Positions 41,050 through 50,456 of a stretch of DNA of 64,000 bases are shown in pieces. Source of the DNA: Vulcanimicrobiota bacterium (GTDB taxonomy: Bacteria > Vulcanimicrobiota > Vulcanimicrobiia > Vulcanimicrobiales > Vulcanimicrobiaceae). The DNA is taken from positions 2,528,001 to 2,592,000 of the forward strand of contig OY968762.1 in NCBI GenBank assembly GCA_963695225.1. Direction: 5' to 3'. The notes under the pieces are model-generated. The model was not told the DNA's origin and searched no databases. It worked only from the letters and a program-made list of their open reading frames with translations. Position 1 is the first letter of the stretch, and every line of letters begins with the position of its first letter. The position numbers and the translations under genes are program-made.

Positions 41050-42528
41050 ATGCGTACGTTCTATCTCGGCATCGGCTCGAATCTAGGGGAGCGCCAAGGG
41101 AATATTTTGCAGGCGCTCCAGAAGCTGCGTCCGGCCTGCGAGATCGTCGCAGTTTCTTCGTACTACGAGACGCCCCCCGTGGGGAACGTCGCGGGGCCGA
41201 GCTTCCTCAACGTCGCGGCGAAGGTCCGGACCGATCACGCGCCGACCTCCTTCGAGCGGGTCCTGCGGGAAGCCGAGACGGCGGTCGGCAGGCAGCGCTT
41301 CGCCCACCTCGAGGCGCGGCCGATCGATATCGACATTCTCCTGATCGACGATCTCGTGCACGATTTCGGACGCTTCGAAGTCCCCCACCCGTACCTCTCG
41401 GAGCGCCCGTTCAACCTCGTCCCGCTCGCGGAGATCGCGGGGGATCTCATCGAGCCGCGCTCCGGTAAGACGATCCGCGAGCTGGCCGCTGCGCTCGACA
41501 CGAGCGCGATCGCGAAGAAGGCGCGCTCGCTCCATTTCTTCGCGAACCGGCAAGAGGAAGCGCCCGACGTGCGCCTGGGGATCACGCGCGCCGGCGTATC
41601 CGGCGTCAAGCGGATGGTGCGCCTCGATATCGACGGCCGTGAGACCGTCTTCAACGGCGTCTTCTCGATGGTCGCCGATCTCGCGCCGGACAAAGCCGGC
41701 GTTCACATGTCGCGCTTCTCCGAACTGCTCGAAGAGGCGACGCTCGATGTCCTCTCCCGCAACGAAAAGCCGGGGCGCATCGAAGACGTCGTCGGTCAGA
41801 TCGCACGCGAGATCGTCGATTCGCAGAAGGCGCTCCGCGCCGACGTACGGCTGCGCGCCGAGTTCGGGCTCGAGCGCTGGACGCCGGTCAGCGGGAAGCG
41901 CGGCGAGGAGACCTACACGCTGACCGGGATCGCCCACGCCGACCACGAGGGGATGCGTCGCGTCATCGGCGTCGAGGCCGAAGGGATGACGGCCTGCCCC
42001 TGCGCGCAGTTGATGGTCCGCGAACATTCGATTCACGAGCTGATGGAAGCCGGCTTCAGCGAGAGCGACGCCGTTCGCGCGATCGACGCGCTCCCGATGG
42101 CGACGCACAATCAGCGCGGCCGCGGCTGTGTCCTGATCGGCGTCACCGACGGACGCGATCGCGAGATTCGCGCCGAAGATCTCGTGGAGATCGTCGAGAA
42201 CTCGATGTCGAGCGAGACGTACGATCTGCTCAAGCGCCCGGACGAATTCTTCATCGTCAACAAGGCGCATCACAATCCGAAGTTCGTCGAAGACGTGGTG
42301 CGCGGCATCCTCGCCCGCTCGCTCGACGTCTACGCTGATTTCGGCGACGATACGTTCATCTTCGCCTCGCAAGTGAACTACGAATCGATCCACAAGCACG
42401 ATGCGTTCGCGGAAACGTACGGCACGTTCGGCGAGCTCCGCTCGGAACTCGGCTCCGGAGCCTACGTTTCGGTGAAGACCGATCTCGCGACGTGGCTGGG
42501 GACGCGCCCCTCCCCGATCGTCGTCTAA
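41050..42528 (+). CDS. folK-folE2: FolK (HPPK) fused to FolE2/MptA-type GTP cyclohydrolase
   Basis: N-terminus LGIGSNLG, SSYYET.P, FLN, R.IDIDIL, PHP; C-terminus GVHMSR, TACPC, THNQRG, LKRPDE, NPKFVED, ESIH.H. Confidence 0.9.
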   Translation: MRTFYLGIGSNLGERQGNILQALQKLRPACEIVAVSSYYETPPVGNVAGPSFLNVAAKVRTDHAPTSFERVLREAETAVGRQRFAHLEARPIDIDILLIDDLVHDFGRFEVPHPYLSERPFNLVPLAEIAGDLIEPRSGKTIRELAAALDTSAIAKKARSLHFFANRQEEAPDVRLGITRAGVSGVKRMVRLDIDGRETVFNGVFSMVADLAPDKAGVHMSRFSELLEEATLDVLSRNEKPGRIEDVVGQIAREIVDSQKALRADVRLRAEFGLERWTPVSGKRGEETYTLTGIAHADHEGMRRVIGVEAEGMTACPCAQLMVREHSIHELMEAGFSESDAVRAIDALPMATHNQRGRGCVLIGVTDGRDREIRAEDLVEIVENSMSSETYDLLKRPDEFFIVNKAHHNPKFVEDVVRGILARSLDVYADFGDDTFIFASQVNYESIHKHDAFAETYGTFGELRSELGSGAYVSVKTDLATWLGTRPSPIVV

Positions 42529-42547
42529 GGCTCCGCTGCAATACGCC

Positions 42548-43804
42548 GTGAAACACCGATTCGAGATCTGGGCGTCGCCGGAGCCGACGTTCGCCCGGAT
42601 CGGCGCCGCGACGTGGCGCGATCAACTCGCCGAGACGGGGCACGAAGCACGCCCGGGAGATATCGATCTGCTCGCCGGGCTCGGCGTCGCCGCGAGCCGC
42701 TATCCCGTCCTTTGGGAAAAGCACGCCGTGCGCGATCCGGCGCCGTACGATTTCTCGTGGGCGAGGGAGCGCCTCGATGCGCTGCGCGCGCGCGGCGTCG
42801 AACCCGTCGTCACGCTCCTCCATCATGGGAGCGGCCCGGCCCACACGAGCCTCGTCGATCCCGATTTCCCGATGCATTTCGCGCGCTACGCCGGAGCCGT
42901 CGCGCGCGCGTTCCCGTGGATTCGGCGCTGGACGCCGATCAACGAGCCGCTGACGACGGCGCGTTTTTCAACGCTGTACGGGCATTGGTACCCTAATGGA
43001 CGCGACGATCACGCCGCTTTCGGCCGCGCCGTCACGAACGAGGCGCTCGCGATGCTCCTTGGGATGGAGGCGATTCGCGCGCACGTCCCCGCTGCGCAGT
43101 TCGTCGTCACCGAAGATCTCCAGAGCTTCACATCGCTCGATCGCGCGACCGATGCGTTCGTCGCGCACAAGCGCGAGCGCTCGTTCCTCTCGATCGAGCT
43201 CGTGATGGGGCGCGTCCTCCCCGGGCACCCGCTCCATGCGTACTTGACCGATCGCTGCGGCATCGAGCCGAGCCGGCTGCGCGCGATCGCCGAGCGCGCT
43301 TGCGCGCCGGATCTCATCGGCTGGAACTATTATCCGAATTCGGAGCGGACGCTCGATATCGACGAACGCGGCATCGTCCGCAATCGGCCGAGCCGCGAGG
43401 TCCTCGAAACCCCGATCTCTCCGCGCCCGCTGCTCGAAGCGGCGCACGAACGGCTCGGCCTCCCGTTCGGTCTCGGCGAAGTGCACGTCAACGCGAGCGT
43501 CGAGGGACGCATCCGCTGGCTCGCGCAGCGCTACGGCGATCTGGCCGCACTCGAGCGCGCGGGGCTCCCCGTGCGCATGCTCGGAAGTTGGGCGGTTTTC
43601 GGAATGGTCGATTGGGATTCGCTCTTGACGCGGCGCGAAGACTATCGCGAGGACGGAGCATTCACGTTCGCGCCCGCCTCCCAGGCGCCGCGCCCGACGG
43701 CGCTCGCCGAAGCCGTGCGCGCGCTCGCGCGCGGCGAGGCGCTCGCACCCGAAGGCGAAGCGCAATGGTGGGAAACGGGCGCGCAGCCGGCGGCGCTCGT
43801 ATGA
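42548..43804 (+). CDS. Glycoside hydrolase family 1-like protein
   Basis: RYP.LWE, L.HHGSGP, TPINEPLTTARF, IG.NYY. Confidence 0.85.
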   Translation: MKHRFEIWASPEPTFARIGAATWRDQLAETGHEARPGDIDLLAGLGVAASRYPVLWEKHAVRDPAPYDFSWARERLDALRARGVEPVVTLLHHGSGPAHTSLVDPDFPMHFARYAGAVARAFPWIRRWTPINEPLTTARFSTLYGHWYPNGRDDHAAFGRAVTNEALAMLLGMEAIRAHVPAAQFVVTEDLQSFTSLDRATDAFVAHKRERSFLSIELVMGRVLPGHPLHAYLTDRCGIEPSRLRAIAERACAPDLIGWNYYPNSERTLDIDERGIVRNRPSREVLETPISPRPLLEAAHERLGLPFGLGEVHVNASVEGRIRWLAQRYGDLAALERAGLPVRMLGSWAVFGMVDWDSLLTRREDYREDGAFTFAPASQAPRPTALAEAVRALARGEALAPEGEAQWWETGAQPAALV

Positions 43805-44895
43805 GAGCCTACGACGCGATCGTCGTCGCCTCGCATCTGCGGTACGACGGCGTGTGGCAGCGCCCGCAGCAAATACTCACGCGCTTCGCGCGCGAAGTGC
43901 CGGTGCTCTTCGTCGAAGAGCAGTTCCCCTCGCACGAAGATCGCAACGAGTTCGCGCAACACGGGAACCTCACGGTCTTGCGCCCGTTGCGCCGCCGGGC
44001 GGATTACACGCACCTGGACGACGCGACGATCGAGGCCGCGCGTCAGTGGCTCGGCGCGCGCCGGCCGCTCGTGTGGCTGTACACGCCGATGCTCCTGCGC
44101 CTGACCGACGCGTTCGAGGGCGCCCCGCTCGTCTACGATTGCATGGACGAACTCGCGGCGTTCCGGTTCGCCCCGCCGCAGATGCGCGAACGCGAGGCGG
44201 AATTGCTCGCCCGCGCCGACCTCGTCTTCACCGGCGGGCGCTCGCTCTTCGAACGGCGCCGCGCGCTCGGCGAGAAGGTGAAGCTCTATCCGAGCGGCGT
44301 CGAGTTCGAGCACTTCGCGCGCGCGCGGGCGCTCGAGCCGCATCCGCTCTACCGCCGGCTCGTCCGCCCGGTCTACGGGTACTTCGGCGTCATCGACGAG
44401 CGCATCGATTACGAGATCCTCACCGCGCTCGCGGAGAGCGGCGCGAGCATCGTGATGGTGGGGCCGTTCGCGAAGATCGATCCGGCGACGCTTCCGCGCA
44501 AGACGAGCCTGCACTTCACGGGGCAAATCTCGTACTCCGAACTGCCCCGGCACTTGGCCGGCTTCGACGTCGCGATCATGCCGTTCGCCCGCAACGAAGC
44601 GACGGCGTTCATCTCGCCGACGAAGACGCCCGAATACCTCGCGGGCGGGAAACCCGTGGTGAGCACGTCGATCGCGGACGTCGTCGCCGGCTACGGCGAG
44701 GTGGTCCGGTTTGCCGACGACGCGGCCTCGTTCGCTGGAGCGTGTGCGGCCGCGTGCCGGCCCGATCCGCAGCGAATCGGCCGCGGAATCGCGCTCGCAC
44801 GAGCCGCCGGGTGGGACGCGATCGTCGCTTCGATGGCGGAAGACATCTTTGGGACGTTTTTCGGACGGTTACCGGCTACGATGGCTTTGCCGTAG
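43801..44895 (+). CDS. Glycosyltransferase (GT4-like)
   Basis: SHLR...WQRPQQ, YDCMDEL, GYFGVIDER.D, ISPTKTPEYLA.GKPVVST. Confidence 0.9.
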   Translation: MRAYDAIVVASHLRYDGVWQRPQQILTRFAREVPVLFVEEQFPSHEDRNEFAQHGNLTVLRPLRRRADYTHLDDATIEAARQWLGARRPLVWLYTPMLLRLTDAFEGAPLVYDCMDELAAFRFAPPQMREREAELLARADLVFTGGRSLFERRRALGEKVKLYPSGVEFEHFARARALEPHPLYRRLVRPVYGYFGVIDERIDYEILTALAESGASIVMVGPFAKIDPATLPRKTSLHFTGQISYSELPRHLAGFDVAIMPFARNEATAFISPTKTPEYLAGGKPVVSTSIADVVAGYGEVVRFADDAASFAGACAAACRPDPQRIGRGIALARAAGWDAIVASMAEDIFGTFFGRLPATMALP

Positions 44896-44964
44896 GACGC
44901 ACGTGTTTGACGGACCGCACGGAGCGTTCTTCGGCCCCTTTTTTTCGCCGGTCCCGGCGAGCGC

Positions 44965-46044
44965 TCAGATGATCGAGATCGTCTCGGCGGAAGCAGGGCG
45001 CGAAGCGACGGCGGCGACCAACGCGCCGGCTAGCGTATCGCAGAGCGGCCCGTTGAATTCGTCGATCCGTCCGGTGTCGGCGAATTCCATTAAGACGGGG
45101 TCGATCGGTATCCGCGCGAGCAGCGGCGCTTCGGCGAGTTCGGCGACGCTCTCGGCATAGGAAGGCCCGAAGACGTCGTAGCGCTGCCCCGTGTCGGGAG
45201 CGACGAAGTACGACATGTTCTCGATCACGCCGAGGATCGGTTTTTTGAGTTGATGGACGAGGTTCGCCGCCTTGCGGACGATCATCGTCGCCAGCGCCTG
45301 CGGCATCGTCACGAGGACGACCCCGTCGACGGAGAGCGATTGGAGGACGGTCAGCGGAGCGTCCGACGTCCCCGGGGGCAGGTCGATCAATAGATAATCG
45401 AGATCGCTCCAGAGCACTTGTTCGTAGAACTGGCGGATCACGCCCGAGAGCACCGGGCCGCGCCAGATCATCGCCGTGTCTTCCTTATCCGTGAGCAGGT
45501 TCGAGCTGACGACTTCGATCGCCGAGCGCGTGACGGCCGGGAGCATCAGCGGGCGGATCTGCCCGGCGGCGTTCGGCGGCGCATTCGGGTCCGCTTCGAT
45601 CCCGAGGGGTTCGGTCAGTCCGAACAGGCGCGGGATCGAAGGGCCGGTGATGTCGGCATCGAGGATCCCGACGCGGTAGTGCATGCGGCGCAGCCCGACG
45701 GCGAGGAGCGCCGTCGTCAGCGACTTCCCGACCCCACCCTTCCCGGACATCACCGGGACGACGTGTTTGAAGCGCCCCCGGCCCGCAAAGGCGCCGGGAG
45801 CGCGCCGCTGGGGGCGCCGGTCCTCGTTCATGATGAGCGGGACGCGCCCCGAGAGCCGAGCCTGGATCAAGGCGGTCACGATCGGCTCGACCCGCAGGCC
45901 GTGGGCCGCGGCGCCCTGGGCGATCGTCTCGTAGGCGCCGACGCTGCAACTCGAGCAGCCCAGGCCGAATGCGGCGAGGACGTCCTTCGCGATCGGCAGC
46001 TCGGCGACGAGGTCGCGCAGGTTCGTTTCGGGGGTGATCGGCAT
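44965..46044 (-). CDS. Mrp/ApbC/NBP35-family ATPase with N-terminal DUF1858-like domain
   Basis: SGKGGVGKS, DADITGPS, WRGP, DLPPGT.D, ENMS; N-terminal GLGCSSC...ETI.QGA..HG. Confidence 0.9.
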   Translation of the reverse strand: MPITPETNLRDLVAELPIAKDVLAAFGLGCSSCSVGAYETIAQGAAAHGLRVEPIVTALIQARLSGRVPLIMNEDRRPQRRAPGAFAGRGRFKHVVPVMSGKGGVGKSLTTALLAVGLRRMHYRVGILDADITGPSIPRLFGLTEPLGIEADPNAPPNAAGQIRPLMLPAVTRSAIEVVSSNLLTDKEDTAMIWRGPVLSGVIRQFYEQVLWSDLDYLLIDLPPGTSDAPLTVLQSLSVDGVVLVTMPQALATMIVRKAANLVHQLKKPILGVIENMSYFVAPDTGQRYDVFGPSYAESVAELAEAPLLARIPIDPVLMEFADTGRIDEFNGPLCDTLAGALVAAVASRPASAETISII

Positions 46045-46084
46045 GCGGGCTCCTATTCTCTCTCCGACGCAATTCACCCGACTC

Positions 46085-46127
46085 TGTGCCGGCTATCACG
46101 GTTGCGCCCGGCTCGGGCGAGTAGATT
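46085..46127 (+). promoter_or_regulatory. Candidate CRP/FNR class II promoter of bchYZ
   Basis: TGTGC-N6-TCACG; 22 nt from CAC to TAGATT (-10). Confidence 0.5.
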
Positions 46128-46169
46128 GACGTGGACCGTCGAACTGCGGCGGGCGGAGGGTTCCCCACT

Positions 46170-47477
46170 TTGAGCAAGCAACCGTCGTCGATGTGCCCGG
46201 CTTTCGGGGCGATCCGGAACGTCCTGCGCATGGAAGACGCGATGCCGATCGTGATCTCCAGCGGCGACGGCTGCCTCTACGGGCACACGTTCGTGGCGCA
46301 CTTCTACGTGGCGAACCGGCCGATCTTCTCCCCCGGCGTCAGTTCGGAGATCTGGGCGCGTGGGACGATGTTCGACGAATTGCGCGCGATGGTGACCGAG
46401 ATGGCGGAGAAGCACTCCCCTGCGATCATCCCGATCCTCTCGCTCTGCGTCTCGGATACCGTCGGGCTGCCGTTCGACCTGTTGCCCAAGCAGATCGGGA
46501 ACACCGAGATCATCTATGTCCCCCTTCCGGCCTACAGCGTCCACACGCACGCGAAGGCGAAGGACATCGTCGTCGACGCGCTCACCTGGCGGCTGCCCCC
46601 TCAGCGCAAGGCGCGCGCGGGCGTCAACTTGATCGGCGAAGTCTTCCCGAGCGATCCGATCAAGATCGACGAAGTGCTGCGCAAGGTCGGAACGCACGTG
46701 AACACGCACGTCCCGGGGCCGCGCTGGGCGGATTACGTCGCGATGGTCGACGGCGCCCTGAACGCGCCGCTCCATCCGTTTTATAGCGAGAGCGTCGCGC
46801 GGATGAAGATGAAGCAGGGGCTGCCGTTCGTCGACGGCGCGCCCGTCGGGATCGACGGCACCTACAACTGGATCAAGGCGGTCGGCGAGGCGCTGGCGCT
46901 GGATCCCGCGACGGTCGAACGGGTCGCGAGCGAAGAGCGCGACGCCGTCAAAGCCGCGATGGCCGACTACCCGCTCAACGGGCTGACCATGCTCGTCGCG
47001 GGGTACGACGGGCACGAGTTCATGCTCGTCCGCCTGCTGATCGAGGCCGGTGCGAACGTCCCTTATCTGGCGACCGCGGTCAATACGAATCCGCTCGCGC
47101 GCGAGGAGGAGGCGTGGTTGCGCGAACACGGCTGTTCCGTGCTCTACAAGGCGAACTTCGACGCCGAGATCGCGGCCCTGACCGAACATCCCTACGATCT
47201 GGTCGTCGGGACGACGACGACGATCTGCGCCTACGCCAAGAAGCTCGGCATCCCGGCGATCTACGATACGAACGCGCTCGCGACCCGGTCGCTCATGCTC
47301 GCGCAAGGCGCCTCGGAAATCTTGCAGCTCGTGATGCAGACCTTCCGCCGCAAGGATCGCTACGAGAAGATCGCCCGGTTCTTCAGCGACGACGGCGAAC
47401 TCAACAATCCGGCATCCAGACCGGCCTCCAAGATCGATTTGACCGAGATCGCCCTCGCCCAGGGAGCGCAGGAATAA
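46170..47477 (+). CDS. bchY: Chlorophyllide a reductase subunit Y
   Basis: SMCPAFG, GCLYG.TFV.HFY, LCV (three cluster Cys), L.GE.FP.DP, RLLIEAGA.VPY; start uncertain (46131/46170/46191). Confidence 0.9.
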   Translation: MSKQPSSMCPAFGAIRNVLRMEDAMPIVISSGDGCLYGHTFVAHFYVANRPIFSPGVSSEIWARGTMFDELRAMVTEMAEKHSPAIIPILSLCVSDTVGLPFDLLPKQIGNTEIIYVPLPAYSVHTHAKAKDIVVDALTWRLPPQRKARAGVNLIGEVFPSDPIKIDEVLRKVGTHVNTHVPGPRWADYVAMVDGALNAPLHPFYSESVARMKMKQGLPFVDGAPVGIDGTYNWIKAVGEALALDPATVERVASEERDAVKAAMADYPLNGLTMLVAGYDGHEFMLVRLLIEAGANVPYLATAVNTNPLAREEEAWLREHGCSVLYKANFDAEIAALTEHPYDLVVGTTTTICAYAKKLGIPAIYDTNALATRSLMLAQGASEILQLVMQTFRRKDRYEKIARFFSDDGELNNPASRPASKIDLTEIALAQGAQE

Positions 47478-47478
47478 C

Positions 47479-49068
47479 GTGGCCCGTCCAGTCCGCGCCA
47501 ATTTTCAGACGAAAGAACTGCAATCCGACGTCGTCAACTCGCCGATCGGGAATCGGGTTACGGATCTCGATCATGCCGGCGGCGACACGGGGGCGATGCA
47601 GGTCTTCGCCGCGTTGCGCGACGGGCACGTCGTCCTCGACGGGCCGGTCGGCTGCCACGTGATGCCGGCGGTCGCGGTCATCAACTATACGGATTGCATC
47701 CCGTATTTGCAGAACGTCACCTGTTCGGAACTGAGCGAGCAGGAAGTCGCGATCTCCGGGACGCTCGATGCCGTCAAGGAGAAGGTCGAACTCGCCGCGG
47801 CTTCCGGCCGCCAGGTCTTCATCGTCAGCACGCCCGTCTCGGAACTGATCGGTGCGAGTTGGACGACGACGGACCAGGACGTCAAGGGATCGGCCCTCTT
47901 CTTCGACGCGCACGCGCTCGACGACGACGATTGGAAAGCCCGCGACCGGGCGCTGCTCTTCCTCTGGGAACATCGCGACCACTTCGTTCCCCCGGACGGC
48001 GTGCCGCCCCGCGTCAAGAGCTCGCGGCCCTCGGTCAACGTGATCGGCCCGACGTACGGCAACTTCAATTCGTACAGCGATCTCGCCGAGATCAAGCGCT
48101 TGATCGAGGGCATTGGGGCGAGCCTCAACCTCGTCTTCCCGTTCGAAGCCTCGAGCTACGACACGCCGCACCTCGCGGACGCCGACGCCACGATCCTGAT
48201 GTATCAGGAATACGGCAAGTCGCTGGCGCGCGAAGTCGGCCTGCCGACGTTCCACGCCCCGTTCGGGCTCGAGAACACGACGGCGTTCCTGCGCGAGCTG
48301 GGTGCGACGCTCGGACTTGAGGCCGAGGCCGAAGCCTTCATCAAGAAAGAGAAGAAGACGACGCTCGCCGCCTGGCAAGATATCTGGCGCTCCACGCACA
48401 GCGACTTCTTCGCCGACATGCCGATCGCGATCGTCGCCCCGCCGACGTACAAGGACGGGCTCGAAGCCTACCTCCACGGCGAACTCGGTTTGCCGATAAG
48501 CTTCAGCGCCTACCGCTCCGGCCCCCAGAAGACGCCGAGCCCCGACGTGCGCGCGGCGCTCTGCGAGGCGAGCCCGAGTCCGATGATCGTCTTCGGCTCG
48601 ATCAACGAGCGAATGATCCTCAAGCAGGAGAAGCTCCCCTCGCTCTACGTGCAAGTCTCCTTCCCGGGCGCCGTAGTGCGGCGCTCGACCGGGACGCCCT
48701 ACATGGGTTACGCCGGCGCGGTCTGGTTGCTGCAGGTCGTCTGCGAGGCGCTCTTCGATACGCTCTTCGCGAACCTCCCGACCTCCGCGGTTCCGCCGCA
48801 ACGAGCCGACGCGACGACCAAATCGATGCTCGCGACCGCCGCGGAAATCGTCAGCGAGAGCGGGAAGGGCCGCAACAGCATCATCGCCTGGACCGACGAA
48901 GCGAAGGCGCTCGCCGAAGCCACGCTCAAACGCGTCCCGTTCTTCGTCCGCGTCTCCGTGAACAAGAAGCTCCGCGCCGAGGCCGAGTCGCTCGCGCGCG
49001 AGCGCGGCACGGACGTCGACGGCCCTCTCGTGCGCGAGATCGTCGCGCGCTTCTCGGCCGGCAGATAA
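47479..49068 (+). CDS. bchZ: Chlorophyllide a reductase subunit Z (divergent)
   Basis: D.AGG..GA..VF, DGPVGC, VN.IGP.YG.FN..SDLAEI.RL.EGIG, GTPYMGYAGA.WL.Q, C-terminal PCP_red-like domain. Confidence 0.9.
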   Translation: MARPVRANFQTKELQSDVVNSPIGNRVTDLDHAGGDTGAMQVFAALRDGHVVLDGPVGCHVMPAVAVINYTDCIPYLQNVTCSELSEQEVAISGTLDAVKEKVELAAASGRQVFIVSTPVSELIGASWTTTDQDVKGSALFFDAHALDDDDWKARDRALLFLWEHRDHFVPPDGVPPRVKSSRPSVNVIGPTYGNFNSYSDLAEIKRLIEGIGASLNLVFPFEASSYDTPHLADADATILMYQEYGKSLAREVGLPTFHAPFGLENTTAFLRELGATLGLEAEAEAFIKKEKKTTLAAWQDIWRSTHSDFFADMPIAIVAPPTYKDGLEAYLHGELGLPISFSAYRSGPQKTPSPDVRAALCEASPSPMIVFGSINERMILKQEKLPSLYVQVSFPGAVVRRSTGTPYMGYAGAVWLLQVVCEALFDTLFANLPTSAVPPQRADATTKSMLATAAEIVSESGKGRNSIIAWTDEAKALAEATLKRVPFFVRVSVNKKLRAEAESLARERGTDVDGPLVREIVARFSAGR

Positions 49069-49071
49069 GGG

Positions 49072-49455
49072 ATGACGGAGCAGAATCCCGCCGCGGCGGA
49101 CGACGCGCGCAAGAGCGCCAAGCGCGCCCGCGTCGCCGCGATGGACGGCATGGACGAGATGTTCCCCGACGTCCACAAGAGCCTCGAGGACGTGCGCGCC
49201 GAATGGGCGGGAGCCGCGCGGAAGATGTGGATTTGGATTGCGGCCGTCGTCGCGACGGCGCTCGCGGGAATCGCGGTTCAGGCCCTCTGGATGTTGAGCC
49301 TCGTCGCGCTCGGCGGCGCCGCGTTCGCCTGGGACGTACAGAACGAGCGCAGGTCGACGTACAAGCGCATGGTGCTCGAGAGCGAGATCGAGAAGTCGAT
49401 CCTCGCGCACGAAGCGAAAGCTGCCGCCGAACCGGACGCCGCTACTCGGCCCTGA
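49072..49455 (+). CDS. Hypothetical two-TM membrane protein directly after bchZ
   Basis: Starts 3 nt after the bchZ stop; two hydrophobic segments. Confidence 0.7.
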   Translation: MTEQNPAAADDARKSAKRARVAAMDGMDEMFPDVHKSLEDVRAEWAGAARKMWIWIAAVVATALAGIAVQALWMLSLVALGGAAFAWDVQNERRSTYKRMVLESEIEKSILAHEAKAAAEPDAATRP

Positions 49456-50440
49456 GCGTCTCCTCTGCGGCCCGCTCGCGATCGAAGCCGCGCGCGAACG
49501 CGGCGACGCGCTCGTTGATCTCCAGCGGCCGGTCGAGCTGGAGATAGTGCCCGCCGGGAACGATGTCGTACCTGCAGCCCTCCCCCAGCCGCGCGCGGAG
49601 CCGCGCGGCGAGCCCGCCGAAGCGCGGTTGCTTTCGCCAGCGCGTCGAGGCCGCTTCGACGAGGTACGTCGGGACGGTGACGACGTCCGCGAACGGATGG
49701 AACGGAAAGTTCGAGACGCCTTCGAACGCCTCGAACAGCATCTGCGGATACTCCACCGGGACCTGCGTGCATTGCAGAGCCCAGGCTCGCTCCATCGCGA
49801 CCCGATCCTCGAAGGCCTGATCGAAGATCCAGCGCGAAATCGCGCGTGAGATTTTCCCGTCGCGCATGTACGAGCCGGCGATCGGCGTGACGATCAGGCG
49901 CACGAGCGCGATGACGGGCTTCGGAAGCATCACGTGGCGGTCGCCGTTCCCGTCGGAGTAGACGGGGTCGATCAAGAACAGCCCGCGCACCGCTTCGGGG
50001 CGCTCGCAAGCGAGCGCGAGCGCGATCAAGCCGCCCATCGAGTGCCCGACGATCAGCGCGCGTTCGCCCGTCGTTTCGTAAACGTAGGCCAGCGCTTCGA
50101 CGGCGTCGCGGTAGTAGTCTCCGAGGCCGGCATCCGCAACGCGGGGGGCCGCGCCGTGCCCGCGCCCTTCCCACGTGAAGCAGGCGAACTCGCCGCCCAA
50201 CGCTTCGACTTGCGGGCCGAACGACCAGGCCGCCCCGCCGACGCCGTGGACGAACAGCAGCGGCGGATGCGGGGCGCGGCGCTCGGGCATCTGTATGTGG
50301 AGAGCGCCGCCGGAAGGGAGGCGACGGACGGCTTCGGCTGGGCGCACGGGAGGTGGGTTCGGTGCGGGCGGGACGCATAACTGCCGCCCGTGAGGGCGCT
50401 CCGGCGGAGCCGGTGGGAGCAGGAACGACGTTGCGGGCAC
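49442..50440 (-). CDS. Alpha/beta hydrolase
   Basis: LLFVHG, RGHG, GHSMGG, GGHYL; start uncertain. Confidence 0.88.
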   Translation of the reverse strand: MPATSFLLPPAPPERPHGRQLCVPPAPNPPPVRPAEAVRRLPSGGALHIQMPERRAPHPPLLFVHGVGGAAWSFGPQVEALGGEFACFTWEGRGHGAAPRVADAGLGDYYRDAVEALAYVYETTGERALIVGHSMGGLIALALACERPEAVRGLFLIDPVYSDGNGDRHVMLPKPVIALVRLIVTPIAGSYMRDGKISRAISRWIFDQAFEDRVAMERAWALQCTQVPVEYPQMLFEAFEGVSNFPFHPFADVVTVPTYLVEAASTRWRKQPRFGGLAARLRARLGEGCRYDIVPGGHYLQLDRPLEINERVAAFARGFDRERAAEETLRAE

Positions 50441-50456
50441 GGGGATTAGTGAGGCG

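Noticed and set aside
44965..46044. ATPase next to bchY as the missing BchX
   Set aside because: Motifs are Mrp/ApbC (WRGP, DLPPGT, ENMS), not NifH/BchX (GCDPK, GRGCGGRG)
46170..49068. Nitrogenase NifDK or DPOR BchNB
   Set aside because: MCPAFG and DGPVGC/SDLAEI motifs fit BchY and BchZ; no nif context
49442..50440. Hydrolase as bchO
   Set aside because: Only generic alpha/beta hydrolase motifs; proximity alone is insufficient
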